In this document: positions 1-8,922 of the stretch, piece after piece
Layout of the letters: each line of letters begins with the position of its first letter
Position numbering within the stretch: the stretch's first letter is position 1
Assembly: GCA_963699755.1 (NCBI GenBank)
Contig: CAVOVB010000007.1
Location: forward strand, 160,001-224,000
From: an uncultured delta proteobacterium
Lineage (GTDB): Bacteria; Myxococcota_A; Polyangia; Polyangiales; Houyiibacteriaceae
Length of the DNA: 64,000 bases
Direction of reading: 5' to 3'
Notes under the pieces: generated by a model
The model's database searches: none
The model's input: only the letters and a program-made list of their open reading frames with translations
What the model was told of the DNA's origin: nothing
Position numbers and translations under genes: made by a program

Positions 1-58
1 GTATTACAGTCTAAATTTAGTCCTGCAGGGTCTATTCTGGCATGTTAGCCTGACGTTT

Positions 59-2275
59 GTGCAGATGAGTCAGACATGCATCCGCGGCAGCCTGAAGGGG
101 GCGTTGGCTATCCTGCTACTCGGATCGGTGATCACCGTATCCGGCTGCAAGGAAGATCCCACCCTCTTTGGGGGTTGCTCAACCCAAGACATGAACGCCT
201 GTCCCCGTTCGGATGGCTTCACCAACCCGTACGAGGGTCAGCTCGAGCTTCTTACCTGGCCCGAGACGCTTCGTAAGGCGAGCCTCGAGCTCACAGGCAA
301 GCTCCCCACCGACGCGCAGCGAGCAGTCACGGAGGTCCACGGCCAGGTGGGGCTCGAAGCATCGCTGGCGGAGATGATGCGCGACCGCGGTTTCACCGAC
401 CGCATGATCGAGCTCTACAACGATCATTTCCTGACGGACAAGTACCTCGGTCGCGAGAACGCGATCGAGCTTCTCGACGAAGAGGTCTGGCCGAACCTGC
501 GCTGGTTTGAGAGTAGATTTCCAGGCGATGAAGACACGGCGTTGGTGACCAACGACTCGTTGGCGCGCGAGCCGCTCGAGCTGATCGCGCACGTGATCCA
601 CGCCGAGCGCCCCTTCACCGAGATTCTGACGGCTGACTACACGATGGGGAATGCCTACTCGGCGATGTCGCTGATTGCGCTTCCCGACGTTCCGATTGGA
701 CTCGGCAGCAATCCGGGCGCGTTCGAGGAGATCCACGTACCGGGAATTCCCCATGCGGGCATTCTCACCTCCCCGATGTTCCTCAACCGTTTCCCGACGA
801 GCGACACGAACATCAACCGTCACCGTTCGCGCATGGCGTACTGGTTCTTCCTCGACATCGACATCAATCAGTTCGGAAGTCGTCCGGTCGACGCGAGCAG
901 CGATTTCGGTGAAAACCCGACGCTCAACAATCCGGACTGTACCGTCTGCCACACGACGATGGATCCGGTCGCCGGTTTGTTCATGAACTGGAACGAGAAG
1001 GGCGAGTACAGCGGCAAGGGCGAATGGTTTGGGCCCGACTACATCTTGCCCCCGGGCTTCAACGGGGAAGCGCTGCCGGACCAGAACCGGAGAAATGCGC
1101 TTCAATGGTTCGCGCAGCGTGTCGCGCAGAACCCGAGGTTCGCTCAGGCCACCGTGAAGACGGTGTTCGAGGGACTCACTGGCCAAGAGATTCTCGACAT
1201 CACGCTGGGTGGGCCGCCCGACATGGGCGGAACGGGCGGCAGTGATGGTGCTGGCGGTACCGGCGGCATCGATGGTGTGGGTGGCATGGGCGGCGACCCT
1301 GGCCTTGGTGGCATGGGCGGCGACCCTGGCCTTGGTGGCGTGGGCGGCGACCCTGGCCTTGGTGGCGTGGGCGGCGACCCTGGCCTTGGTGGCGTGGGCG
1401 GCGTCGGTGGAGCGAATCCTCCACCACCTCCTCCTCTGCTTCCCGACGACAATGCAAACATCGACCCCAGCGTCGATCCGGCCCTCCAGCGTGCCTACAA
1501 CGTGCAGCAGCAGGTCTTGCGCACGATTCAGCAGCGCTTCATCGAAAGCGGGTACAACTTCAAGGTTCTGGTACGCGAAATCGTCTTGAGCCCTTACTTC
1601 CGCGCGAAGAACGCCAGCCCGCTCAGCGCGGACATGGAAAAAGAGCTTTCGACCTTTGGCACCGCCCGGCTCCTGACGCCCGAGCATCTGTCTCGCAAGA
1701 TCGAGGCGACCACGGGCGTGCGTTGGCGATCCAACCCGAATCGAAAGGACTACTTGCTCGACCAGTACCGTATCTTCTATGGCGGCATCGATTCGGACCT
1801 GGTGACGAAGCGCGTGACTGAGCCGAATGGCGTCATGGCAAGCCTCGCGCAGCGCATGGCTTACGAAGTGGCCTGCTCGGCGGTTCCCTACGACTTCTCG
1901 AAGCCAGCACATCAGCGGCTCCTGTTCCCGAGCATCGAACAGAATACCCCGCTCTCCGAAGCCTCGGACCAGGTGCGGGAAGCGGTTCGTCATCTGCACG
2001 ATCAGCTTCTGGGCGAAGAGCTCCCCGGGAGCGACGAGGAAGTCGCAGCGACGATGGTCGTTCTGATGGAAGCGTACAATTTAGGTCGGCAAGGCCTCGC
2101 CGATGAATCGGTGTCCGAGCAGCTCGCCGGTCCATGCCGCCTCAACAACGATCGAATCACCGGCGCAGATTTGCCGGACAACCGCCGAATCAACCGCGAC
2201 ACGGAGTACAGCATTCGCGCCTGGATGGCCGCGACGAGCTACCTCCTGTCGGATTACCGATACCTGTACGAGTGA
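59..2275 (+). CDS. DUF1588/DUF1592-like lipoprotein with one c-type heme motif and a Gly-rich repeat insert
   Basis: 738 aa ORF; lipobox-like VSG-C; HAGILTSPMFL and CTVCHTTMDP motifs typical of PSCyt/DUF1588-type proteins; adjacent to DUF1501. Start may be GTG59 or ATG65. Confidence 0.7.
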   Translation: MQMSQTCIRGSLKGALAILLLGSVITVSGCKEDPTLFGGCSTQDMNACPRSDGFTNPYEGQLELLTWPETLRKASLELTGKLPTDAQRAVTEVHGQVGLEASLAEMMRDRGFTDRMIELYNDHFLTDKYLGRENAIELLDEEVWPNLRWFESRFPGDEDTALVTNDSLAREPLELIAHVIHAERPFTEILTADYTMGNAYSAMSLIALPDVPIGLGSNPGAFEEIHVPGIPHAGILTSPMFLNRFPTSDTNINRHRSRMAYWFFLDIDINQFGSRPVDASSDFGENPTLNNPDCTVCHTTMDPVAGLFMNWNEKGEYSGKGEWFGPDYILPPGFNGEALPDQNRRNALQWFAQRVAQNPRFAQATVKTVFEGLTGQEILDITLGGPPDMGGTGGSDGAGGTGGIDGVGGMGGDPGLGGMGGDPGLGGVGGDPGLGGVGGDPGLGGVGGVGGANPPPPPPLLPDDNANIDPSVDPALQRAYNVQQQVLRTIQQRFIESGYNFKVLVREIVLSPYFRAKNASPLSADMEKELSTFGTARLLTPEHLSRKIEATTGVRWRSNPNRKDYLLDQYRIFYGGIDSDLVTKRVTEPNGVMASLAQRMAYEVACSAVPYDFSKPAHQRLLFPSIEQNTPLSEASDQVREAVRHLHDQLLGEELPGSDEEVAATMVVLMEAYNLGRQGLADESVSEQLAGPCRLNNDRITGADLPDNRRINRDTEYSIRAWMAATSYLLSDYRYLYE
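1280..1403 (+). repeat. In-frame 27-bp tandem repeat (4 full copies plus a partial) encoding GG(M/V)GGDPGL
   Basis: Unit GGTGGC(A/G)TGGGCGGCGACCCTGGCCTT at 1280, 1307, 1334, 1361, with a partial copy from 1388. Confidence 0.95.
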
Positions 2276-2288
2276 GGGAGGACTAGCT

Positions 2289-3584
2289 GTGGATCGTCGT
2301 GACTTCTTACGAATGGCAAGCTGGGCAGGGCTGACGTGTGTTCTGCCGTCGGTGATGGACCCTCTGCGCGCGAGTGCTCAACCGATTAGCGGATCGGCCT
2401 ACACCGGCACGTATTGGATCTTCATGCACGCAGGTGGCGGTTGGGACCCGACTCACCTCTGCGACCCGAAGGGCCGCGCCAACGAGAATGAGAACAATCC
2501 TATGGGTCGCTTCCTCAAAAGCGACATTCGGACGGCCGGCAACATCGAGTACGCCCCGCTGGGCGATGACGGCACCGCGCTCGATGCGTTCTTTCAGACG
2601 CACTACGAGCGCCTGCTGATCATCAACGGGATGGACACGACCACCAACGGTCATGACCAGGGGACACGGGGTACCTGGAGTGGGCGCACGGCGGAGGGCC
2701 ATCCGCCAATTGGCGCACTGATCGCCGCTACCCACGGCCCCAATCTACCGATGCCCTTGATAGGCTACGGTGGATATCTCGATACACAGGGCGTCACCAA
2801 TGCCGTGCCGCTCGGCGATGGTGGTCTCCTGCACAACCTCGCACACCCTTCGCGCCCCGATCCGAGGGGCTCAGAGGAAAACTACTTCGGACACCCGGAC
2901 GTCCCCGGCATCGTGCAACGGGAACAGCAGCTGCGGCTTCTGAGAATGCAGGGTGAGCAGCGACTGCCACGCATTTGGAACGGACAGAACGAGCTCATGT
3001 TGGCTCGACTCGGACAGGACGACCTCAAGCGGGTCTCCGACTCGCTTCCGGAAGACTTCTCGAACAATCAGCTCGAACGACAGATTCAAGTCGCGCTGGC
3101 CGCCTACCAGGCGGGCCTCTCGGTGAGCGTCAGCGTCAGCCAGGGCGGCTTCGACACGCACGGCAACCATGATGGCAACCACCTGCCCCGACTCATCGAC
3201 TTCGTGAATGGCGCCAACTTCGCAATGCAGGAGGCAGAGCGAATGGGCATCGCCGACAAGGTCGCTGTCGTGATGGGGTCTGACTTCGGCCGGACGCCGG
3301 GATACAACAACGGCAACGGTAAGGACCATTGGCCGATCAGCAGCATGATGATGATGGGCCCGGGCATTCCAGGTAACCGCGTCGTTGGCGGCACCGACGA
3401 TCGACACGGTCTGCAGCTCATCGACCCGGTGACTTTGCAACCCACGGGTTCACCCGACACGGCTCAGGGGACCAGGCTCTCGATCGCCCACGTGCACCGG
3501 GCGTTGCGAAACCTCGCGGGCGTTCCCAACGACTTCAAGGCCGCGTTCCCGCTCGCGGGCGAAGACCTGCCGATCTTCGGCTAG
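2289..3584 (+). CDS. DUF1501 family protein, Tat-exported
   Basis: GTG2289 after GAGGGAG; DRRDFL twin-arginine signal; GGWD, GGFDTH, SDFGRTP and DHW motifs. Confidence 0.85.
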   Translation: MDRRDFLRMASWAGLTCVLPSVMDPLRASAQPISGSAYTGTYWIFMHAGGGWDPTHLCDPKGRANENENNPMGRFLKSDIRTAGNIEYAPLGDDGTALDAFFQTHYERLLIINGMDTTTNGHDQGTRGTWSGRTAEGHPPIGALIAATHGPNLPMPLIGYGGYLDTQGVTNAVPLGDGGLLHNLAHPSRPDPRGSEENYFGHPDVPGIVQREQQLRLLRMQGEQRLPRIWNGQNELMLARLGQDDLKRVSDSLPEDFSNNQLERQIQVALAAYQAGLSVSVSVSQGGFDTHGNHDGNHLPRLIDFVNGANFAMQEAERMGIADKVAVVMGSDFGRTPGYNNGNGKDHWPISSMMMMGPGIPGNRVVGGTDDRHGLQLIDPVTLQPTGSPDTAQGTRLSIAHVHRALRNLAGVPNDFKAAFPLAGEDLPIFG

Positions 3585-3961
3585 GTCAGCGACCAGAGGA
3601 CGAGCCCTCCGATCGCCGTGGCGAGGAGCGACCAGAGGCGCATGACGAACGGGGAGTGGCCGGTCCACCATCGGAGCACGCCTTCGAAGCGCTCGTAGCC
3701 GACGAGCGGGAGGCTTGCTGCGCTCAGGATCGCAATCGCGCCCAGCACGTGCAGGAGGACCGGTGAGCGGGTATCAGGCGCGGCGAACCAGAGCGCGAGC
3801 CCAAAGCAAAGGCGTAGGAGCACGGCGAGCCAAAACCCGGACTTCGAGCTCCACCCCGAGATGAAGGCAAAGATCGAACCCGGTGCGAAGACACCCCATG
3901 CACCCATCACGAAGATGAAGAGCGCCACGGCAAGCGCGAGCAGCGCAAACACGATATCCAC
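3581..3961 (-). CDS. Small hypothetical membrane protein (about 4 TM)
   Basis: 126 aa, four hydrophobic segments; stop overlaps the convergent gene (CTAG). Confidence 0.7.
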   Translation of the reverse strand: MDIVFALLALAVALFIFVMGAWGVFAPGSIFAFISGWSSKSGFWLAVLLRLCFGLALWFAAPDTRSPVLLHVLGAIAILSAASLPLVGYERFEGVLRWWTGHSPFVMRLWSLLATAIGGLVLWSLT

Positions 3962-4048
3962 CCCAGCGAAGAGACCGGAAATCAGTCCCTGAGCGCGGTG
4001 ACGATAAGATGCCGCGGCCTCGGGCGCAACGTTGTAGAGCCAAGCGCT

Positions 4049-4966
4049 TCAGAACGCCGCACCACCGCCGATGCGCAGGCCCCAGACCTGACGGTCGTCG
4101 AAGGAGAAGCCGTACGGGTTGTCGATGTTGATGTTGAGGCGGATCGCACCGAAGGCGTTGTCCTTGCCAAAGCGCAGATAGGGCTCGACCGCAAGCTGCG
4201 TGTTCGCGGCCTTGAACTTGGGAATCAGCACCAGGCTGAAGCGAGAGCCAACTCGAAGCCAATCAGTCGCCTGATAGCCCATCATCCCCACCATCTGCAT
4301 GATGAAGTCGGTCTTGGAGGTCCGGTTGTTCCTATCGTCTATCTTGATCATCGCGCCGGTATCGAGGTAGGCGCCCCAGAGGAAACCGCTTGGCTTGTTT
4401 CGCTCGAGAGCGATGGGGACGATGACGCTCACCGAATGCGCGTCCCAGAGCCAGTACATGGTGTTTCCGCGCAAGGCGGCAGCCAGAGTGTAAGCAGATT
4501 GCGCGGCCCCGCGGAAACGTTCGTCCAGGCTTTCCGGGACAGTTGCAGCGGGAATGGTGGCACCAACTCCTATTCGATAGGAAAACTGCCCCTTCTTGCC
4601 TTGGTAGTGGAATACTGCGTAGGGATTGCCTACGCGAAACGCGTTCTCGGCAGGGACATCGACGTCGGTCGAGCGATCGACGTTGGCGTAGGACATGCCC
4701 CAGACGACCTGAAAAAGAACGTTGTACGCAAGCTGCAACCGCATCTCGATCAGGGGGCTGACCACGATGGAGCGCTGGTCGCCTTCAAGCTTTCCGCCAA
4801 ACACGCCGATCTCGCCAAGGATGTGAAAACGCTTGGTGTGCGCCTTTACGCCATCGTCGAGGCTGTACGGCTCGTCCGGGAATGCGCGCGCCTGACCGGG
4901 CGCCAACCAGAGCGCAGCAGCGGCTAATAGACCAACAACTCCCCAACCACGAAGCACAGACATCAT
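4049..4966 (-). CDS. Secreted hypothetical protein, probable outer-membrane beta-barrel
   Basis: Signal peptide ending ARA; alternating amphipathic strands; C-terminal Phe. Confidence 0.65.
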   Translation of the reverse strand: MMSVLRGWGVVGLLAAAALWLAPGQARAFPDEPYSLDDGVKAHTKRFHILGEIGVFGGKLEGDQRSIVVSPLIEMRLQLAYNVLFQVVWGMSYANVDRSTDVDVPAENAFRVGNPYAVFHYQGKKGQFSYRIGVGATIPAATVPESLDERFRGAAQSAYTLAAALRGNTMYWLWDAHSVSVIVPIALERNKPSGFLWGAYLDTGAMIKIDDRNNRTSKTDFIMQMVGMMGYQATDWLRVGSRFSLVLIPKFKAANTQLAVEPYLRFGKDNAFGAIRLNINIDNPYGFSFDDRQVWGLRIGGGAAF

Positions 4967-5084
4967 TCATCCCCCACGAAGAAAAGACCCCCCTTTTCTT
5001 CTTCGCTTCACTATAGACAGTGCGCGCCGTCGGGGCTCGCGTTCCGCCGTCAGCGGAACCCAGATCGTGCACTTGATCGTTCGT

Positions 5085-6182
5085 TCAGGGCTGGACAGCA
5101 ACGTAGGACGGGCCAGCACCATCGAGCCAGCTGATCGCCCGTACGGCTCCGGATTCGAGATCGATGACCGAGAGCTTCTTGTCCGCCGCGTGCGCCACGA
5201 AGGCAAAGCTATCAGTTCGGTCCACGGCTGCGGTGAGCACGAAGGGGCCACCAGGAATCGCGGCGGGCTCCGAGGGGACGAGCAGGTCGCCGTTCCGCGC
5301 AATGGTCACCAGATACGAGCCGGTCCCCGCTGGCGCAAGAATCTGACCTCGGCTCGGCATGTAGGTCACGCCATAGGGAGCGCCTGCAGCGTACGCAAAG
5401 CGGTCGATCACCGACGGCGATCGGGGATCGCTGGTGTCGACGAGTGTGACGTCGAAGCTGAGGCTGTTTGCCACGACGACGCGGGTTTCATCGTCGAGGA
5501 AGGTGACGTCGGAGGGGTCGTTTCCCGTTGGAACCAGGGGGCTGAGCGTCCCCTCTACGTCTGCAATTTCGAAGACGCGAATGCCACCCCCTCCGCCTGC
5601 GATGTTGACCACGCCGAGCGTTCCATCGGGACTCAGGGCAACTTGTTCGGGCCTGTCGCCAACGGTGAGCTCCTTGACGACTACCTTCCGGACGATGTCG
5701 ATGACCGAGAGCGTATCGCCGGGCGCGTCGGCTGTCCCATAGTTGGCGGTGTATGCGATCGCACCGTCTGCGCTGATCGCGATTCCCAGCGGAATGTCCT
5801 CGGTGGCGACCTCGGTCGCATCACCCGAATCCAAGTCGACGATCAGCAGCGTGCCTCCGGACGGAATCTCGGGAGAGCCGACGAGCGTGCTGATGAATTC
5901 GTTGTCGAAGAACGCGGGGCCGACCGCAACGACAGCCGTCTTGCCGTCCGGGGTGATCTCGAGCTCGATTGGGCCCGGCTCCCAGTCGGAAAGATCGATC
6001 CTCCGCACGATGCAAGCTTCACCGTCGCTCGCACCGTCGGTGAGCCGGTCGTAGTCGAGGAGTGTCAAGGACTGATTCAGCCAATCGGCGGTGATCACGA
6101 GCCGAGGCGCGTCCGACGCTTCGCAGCCGCAGAGCCCCATGCCGAGAACATACAAGGCCAGCCAGCCCCGACGACGAATCAT
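5085..6182 (-). CDS. YncE/YVTN-like beta-propeller lipoprotein
   Basis: Lipobox LCG-C; repeated P..(I/V)A(I/L)S.DG / LSVID blade motifs. Confidence 0.8.
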   Translation of the reverse strand: MIRRRGWLALYVLGMGLCGCEASDAPRLVITADWLNQSLTLLDYDRLTDGASDGEACIVRRIDLSDWEPGPIELEITPDGKTAVVAVGPAFFDNEFISTLVGSPEIPSGGTLLIVDLDSGDATEVATEDIPLGIAISADGAIAYTANYGTADAPGDTLSVIDIVRKVVVKELTVGDRPEQVALSPDGTLGVVNIAGGGGGIRVFEIADVEGTLSPLVPTGNDPSDVTFLDDETRVVVANSLSFDVTLVDTSDPRSPSVIDRFAYAAGAPYGVTYMPSRGQILAPAGTGSYLVTIARNGDLLVPSEPAAIPGGPFVLTAAVDRTDSFAFVAHAADKKLSVIDLESGAVRAISWLDGAGPSYVAVQP

Positions 6183-6260
6183 CGGGCGAGTATACGGAAT
6201 TTGCTGGTTTCAAGAAGGGCGATCTTCCCAGCGTGGGTCCTGCGTTGAAGAGCGCGGCGA

Positions 6261-7196
6261 TTAAGCGAACTTTCGGCTCCGGATCCTGCACTGACGCGTG
6301 AGCGCCTCGTCCAAGTCCTCATAGCGATGCACCAGGGTGGCGGGCAGAGGATAATTCGAGAGCTCGTGCTGCTCCGGAATCCCAACCCAAACCTCGCTTT
6401 GCTTGGCGAGGCTCGTGATGCCGGCAATCAGTTGGTCTCTTTCGCCAGGCTCACAATCTCGTGCGATGCTCAAGAGGACGAGTGTGGCCCCGCTTTGCTC
6501 CGCAGCGTCGGCGATCTCTTCAAACGGCATGTGTGTGCCCAGATAGATCGGCTCAAACCCCCGACCCGCGGCCATGAAGGCGCCGATGATGGCGCCGAAC
6601 TCGTGCAGGTGCCGTGGAGGGGTCGCGACGATGATTCGCGGAGCCCCGCTGCCGGGTTGTTCGTGGCGAAGAAGTGTGCCGAGCAGGCTACGAAGCTGTC
6701 CGGAGATGATGTGCTCGTGCGCGATCCGAAGCCGCTCGGCTCGCCAGGCCTCACCGACATGACGCATCAAAGGTACGATCACCTCGAGCGTCAAGGTCAT
6801 TGGCGGAAGAATGGCGGCCGTGCGGGTCAGGATCGATTCCGCGCGCTGCACGTCGTACTCGAAGATCGCCTTGAGGTAGTCTTCTACGATGGCCGCATAG
6901 AGCGAAGCCTGGCTCCCGGTGTCGGAGCAGCTCTCTCCGATGAGCCGTCTTAGCTCCGCATCGGGGAGCTGGACGATCTGACCAATCGAATGACCAAGCT
7001 CGGTGGCTCGTCTGAGCAGAACCAGCCGACGGACCTGGGCGCCACTGTACCTGCGCTTGTTTCCGTCGGTCCGATTCGGTTCGACGGCGCGGTAGCGCCG
7101 CTCCCAGACGCGGATCGTATCCGCAGACAAGCCGGTCAGTCGAGAAACGACCCGCATGGGATACAGACCACTGATTTCTTTGACGTTGTTATTCAT
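6261..7196 (-). CDS. carH: MerR-family cobalamin-binding regulator, CarH/LitR-type photoreceptor
   Basis: MerR HTH (TIRVWERRY...R.YS); W-x9-EH motif (WRAERLRIAHEH); B12-binding HxxG (HLHEFG) and IYLG. Start taken at ATG7196. Confidence 0.8.
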   Translation of the reverse strand: MNNNVKEISGLYPMRVVSRLTGLSADTIRVWERRYRAVEPNRTDGNKRRYSGAQVRRLVLLRRATELGHSIGQIVQLPDAELRRLIGESCSDTGSQASLYAAIVEDYLKAIFEYDVQRAESILTRTAAILPPMTLTLEVIVPLMRHVGEAWRAERLRIAHEHIISGQLRSLLGTLLRHEQPGSGAPRIIVATPPRHLHEFGAIIGAFMAAGRGFEPIYLGTHMPFEEIADAAEQSGATLVLLSIARDCEPGERDQLIAGITSLAKQSEVWVGIPEQHELSNYPLPATLVHRYEDLDEALTRQCRIRSRKFA

Positions 7197-7347
7197 GACT
7201 AAAATGGCACAGGAACGAGCACCCACGAGATCGAAACACGGTCAGTTGCCTGACGATGGATGGGGTGGTGGTTGCAACATTCATCTTGCGTGCTCCTGCA
7301 GTGAGTACCCGCCCTGCGCCGGGAGAAGTGAAGTCACCCGCCCGTTT

Positions 7348-8757
7348 TCAGGCGACCTCGGGTTGATTGAGAGCTTGGGAAGGACCCCTCGCTCTGGCTA
7401 GATGCGCCGCGAAGCGTTTCATGAGCCAACTATGAAAGAAGGCCTGCGTGCAGAGGTAGAAGAGCCAGGGCAAGCGGGGCTGATAGTCATGAACGACGGT
7501 GAGGAGCGTCCGTCCTCCGAGGACCTGCCTGAGCTCGAAGCGAGGCTTGCCACCCTCGCGGGCAAGCAGGCCACCGGTCACGTAGAAGAGCTGCCGATCG
7601 GAGCTGCTGCGATCTCTGGCCCGACGTAGCTCGAGCAAAGAGCGACGTAGTGGGGCCCAGACGAAACCAAATCGGTCGCTCGAGAGGAGATCGACCCGCA
7701 AGAAGCCGGTCAGGAACCTAGGAAGCCAGAGCAGATACTCATCGGCCGCCTGCCGAGCCGTCCAGCCAAGAGGAAGCTCCATGCGCTGCACCGAGCGCAC
7801 CAGGGCCTTCGACGAGGATGCGCCACGGAATGCGTGTGGGTCCCTGCCATCGGACTCCGCCACTGCTCGTTGTACCGCCTCCCCAGTAGGCGTCCGCCGA
7901 AGTCCAAGCTGTTCAGCCAGCCCCTTGTCCGGACTCACCATTTCGTGCTTGAGACTCTCGACTAGTGGGCCGACCAAGGCCTTGGGCGCACCGGTGATCA
8001 GCGTGACCCACAGCCGCGAAAGACCTGGTGAGAGAAACCGGGATGGGATGAAGAATCGGCGCTTTCCCAGCGCCGCGGCGGTAAGCGCCATCAGGTGCTT
8101 GTACGTAACCACGTCAGCCGCACCGACGTCATAGGAGCGATCGTAGTGTTCTTCTCGGCCGACGACACCGCTGATCAGACCAACGACATCGCTCAGCGCG
8201 ATGGCCTGCATCTTGGTGTTGGTCCATCGTGGACAGATCATCACCGGCAAGCGCTGGACGAGGCGAGACATGATCTGAAACGATGATCCCTGGCCACCGA
8301 GGATCAATCCTGCGCGCAGGGTCGTTACCGGGACAACGTGTCCAGCAAGCGTCTCCGCCACCTCGCAGCGGCTCCGCAAATGCTTCGAGAGCTCAGTGCC
8401 CTCTGGTGTGAGCCCACCAAGAAAGACAATCTGCTTCACACCCGCCGCCGCAGCCGCCCGTGCGAAGTTGTCTGCACAGACCACATCGAGGTCAGCGAAG
8501 TCACCCTGCGTCAGCCGCGCGGACGGCATCATGTTGTGAACGAGGTAGACCGCATACTCGACGCCTTCCAGCGCTCCTTCGGCCTCCCTCAGAGAAAACA
8601 GGTCGCACATTCGGTACTCGTCGAACCCGGCGCCCGGCTCCCGCATCGAGCGGGAGAGGCCAACGACGTGAAAAGAGTCCGACAAGGCAGGAGCGAGCGC
8701 ACGGCCGACGAAGCCCGAAGCGCCCGCGATCGCGACTTTTGGCCGACTCCTACCCAT
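7348..8757 (-). CDS. YbjT-like atypical SDR / NAD(P)H-binding protein with C-terminal DUF2867-like domain
   Basis: GASGFVG Rossmann motif; YLVH..M; SLKHEM; 469 aa. Confidence 0.8.
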   Translation of the reverse strand: MGRSRPKVAIAGASGFVGRALAPALSDSFHVVGLSRSMREPGAGFDEYRMCDLFSLREAEGALEGVEYAVYLVHNMMPSARLTQGDFADLDVVCADNFARAAAAAGVKQIVFLGGLTPEGTELSKHLRSRCEVAETLAGHVVPVTTLRAGLILGGQGSSFQIMSRLVQRLPVMICPRWTNTKMQAIALSDVVGLISGVVGREEHYDRSYDVGAADVVTYKHLMALTAAALGKRRFFIPSRFLSPGLSRLWVTLITGAPKALVGPLVESLKHEMVSPDKGLAEQLGLRRTPTGEAVQRAVAESDGRDPHAFRGASSSKALVRSVQRMELPLGWTARQAADEYLLWLPRFLTGFLRVDLLSSDRFGFVWAPLRRSLLELRRARDRSSSDRQLFYVTGGLLAREGGKPRFELRQVLGGRTLLTVVHDYQPRLPWLFYLCTQAFFHSWLMKRFAAHLARARGPSQALNQPEVA

Positions 8758-8760
8758 TCA

Positions 8761-8813
8761 CGTCTACATGTTGTCTAGTTCTTGGCTGTCAATAGAGAGA
8801 CAAGCATTAGACG
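8761..8813. promoter_or_regulatory. Candidate CarH operator: two pairs of (T/G)AGAC(A/G) hexamers at 11-bp period, inverted about a TTGACA -35 element
   Basis: Minus strand TAGACA (8777-8772) and TAGACG (8766-8761); plus strand GAGACA (8797-8802) and TAGACG (8808-8813); minus-strand TTGACA at 8792-8787. Confidence 0.55.
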
Positions 8814-8842
8814 ATAGAGAATGCTTGCCAGATTCGATGAGA

Positions 8843-8872
8843 TGAAACATGTTCTAGTGAAACATGTTCTAG
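8843..8872. promoter_or_regulatory. Two tandem KstR-type operators (TnnAACnnGTTnnA)
   Basis: Exact 15-bp duplication TGAAACATGTTCTAG; 14-mers at 8843-8856 and 8858-8871, about 50 bp upstream of a KshA-like gene. Confidence 0.7.
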
Positions 8873-8922
8873 TTGCCCGGCGCGTCGCCCGGGTCGCGGT
8901 GAAACGACGAGTGGAGCTTCCA

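Noticed and set aside
1280..1403. 27-bp repeats as a possible CRISPR array
   Set aside because: Head-to-tail with no spacers, in frame within a CDS, and no cas genes.
179..1999. Long antisense or alternate-frame ORFs (e.g. 179-1999, 5067-6248, 42574-44130, 47769-49061, 53083-54345)
   Set aside because: They shadow motif-supported genes, are Arg/Ala-rich without recognisable motifs, and are expected in high-GC DNA.
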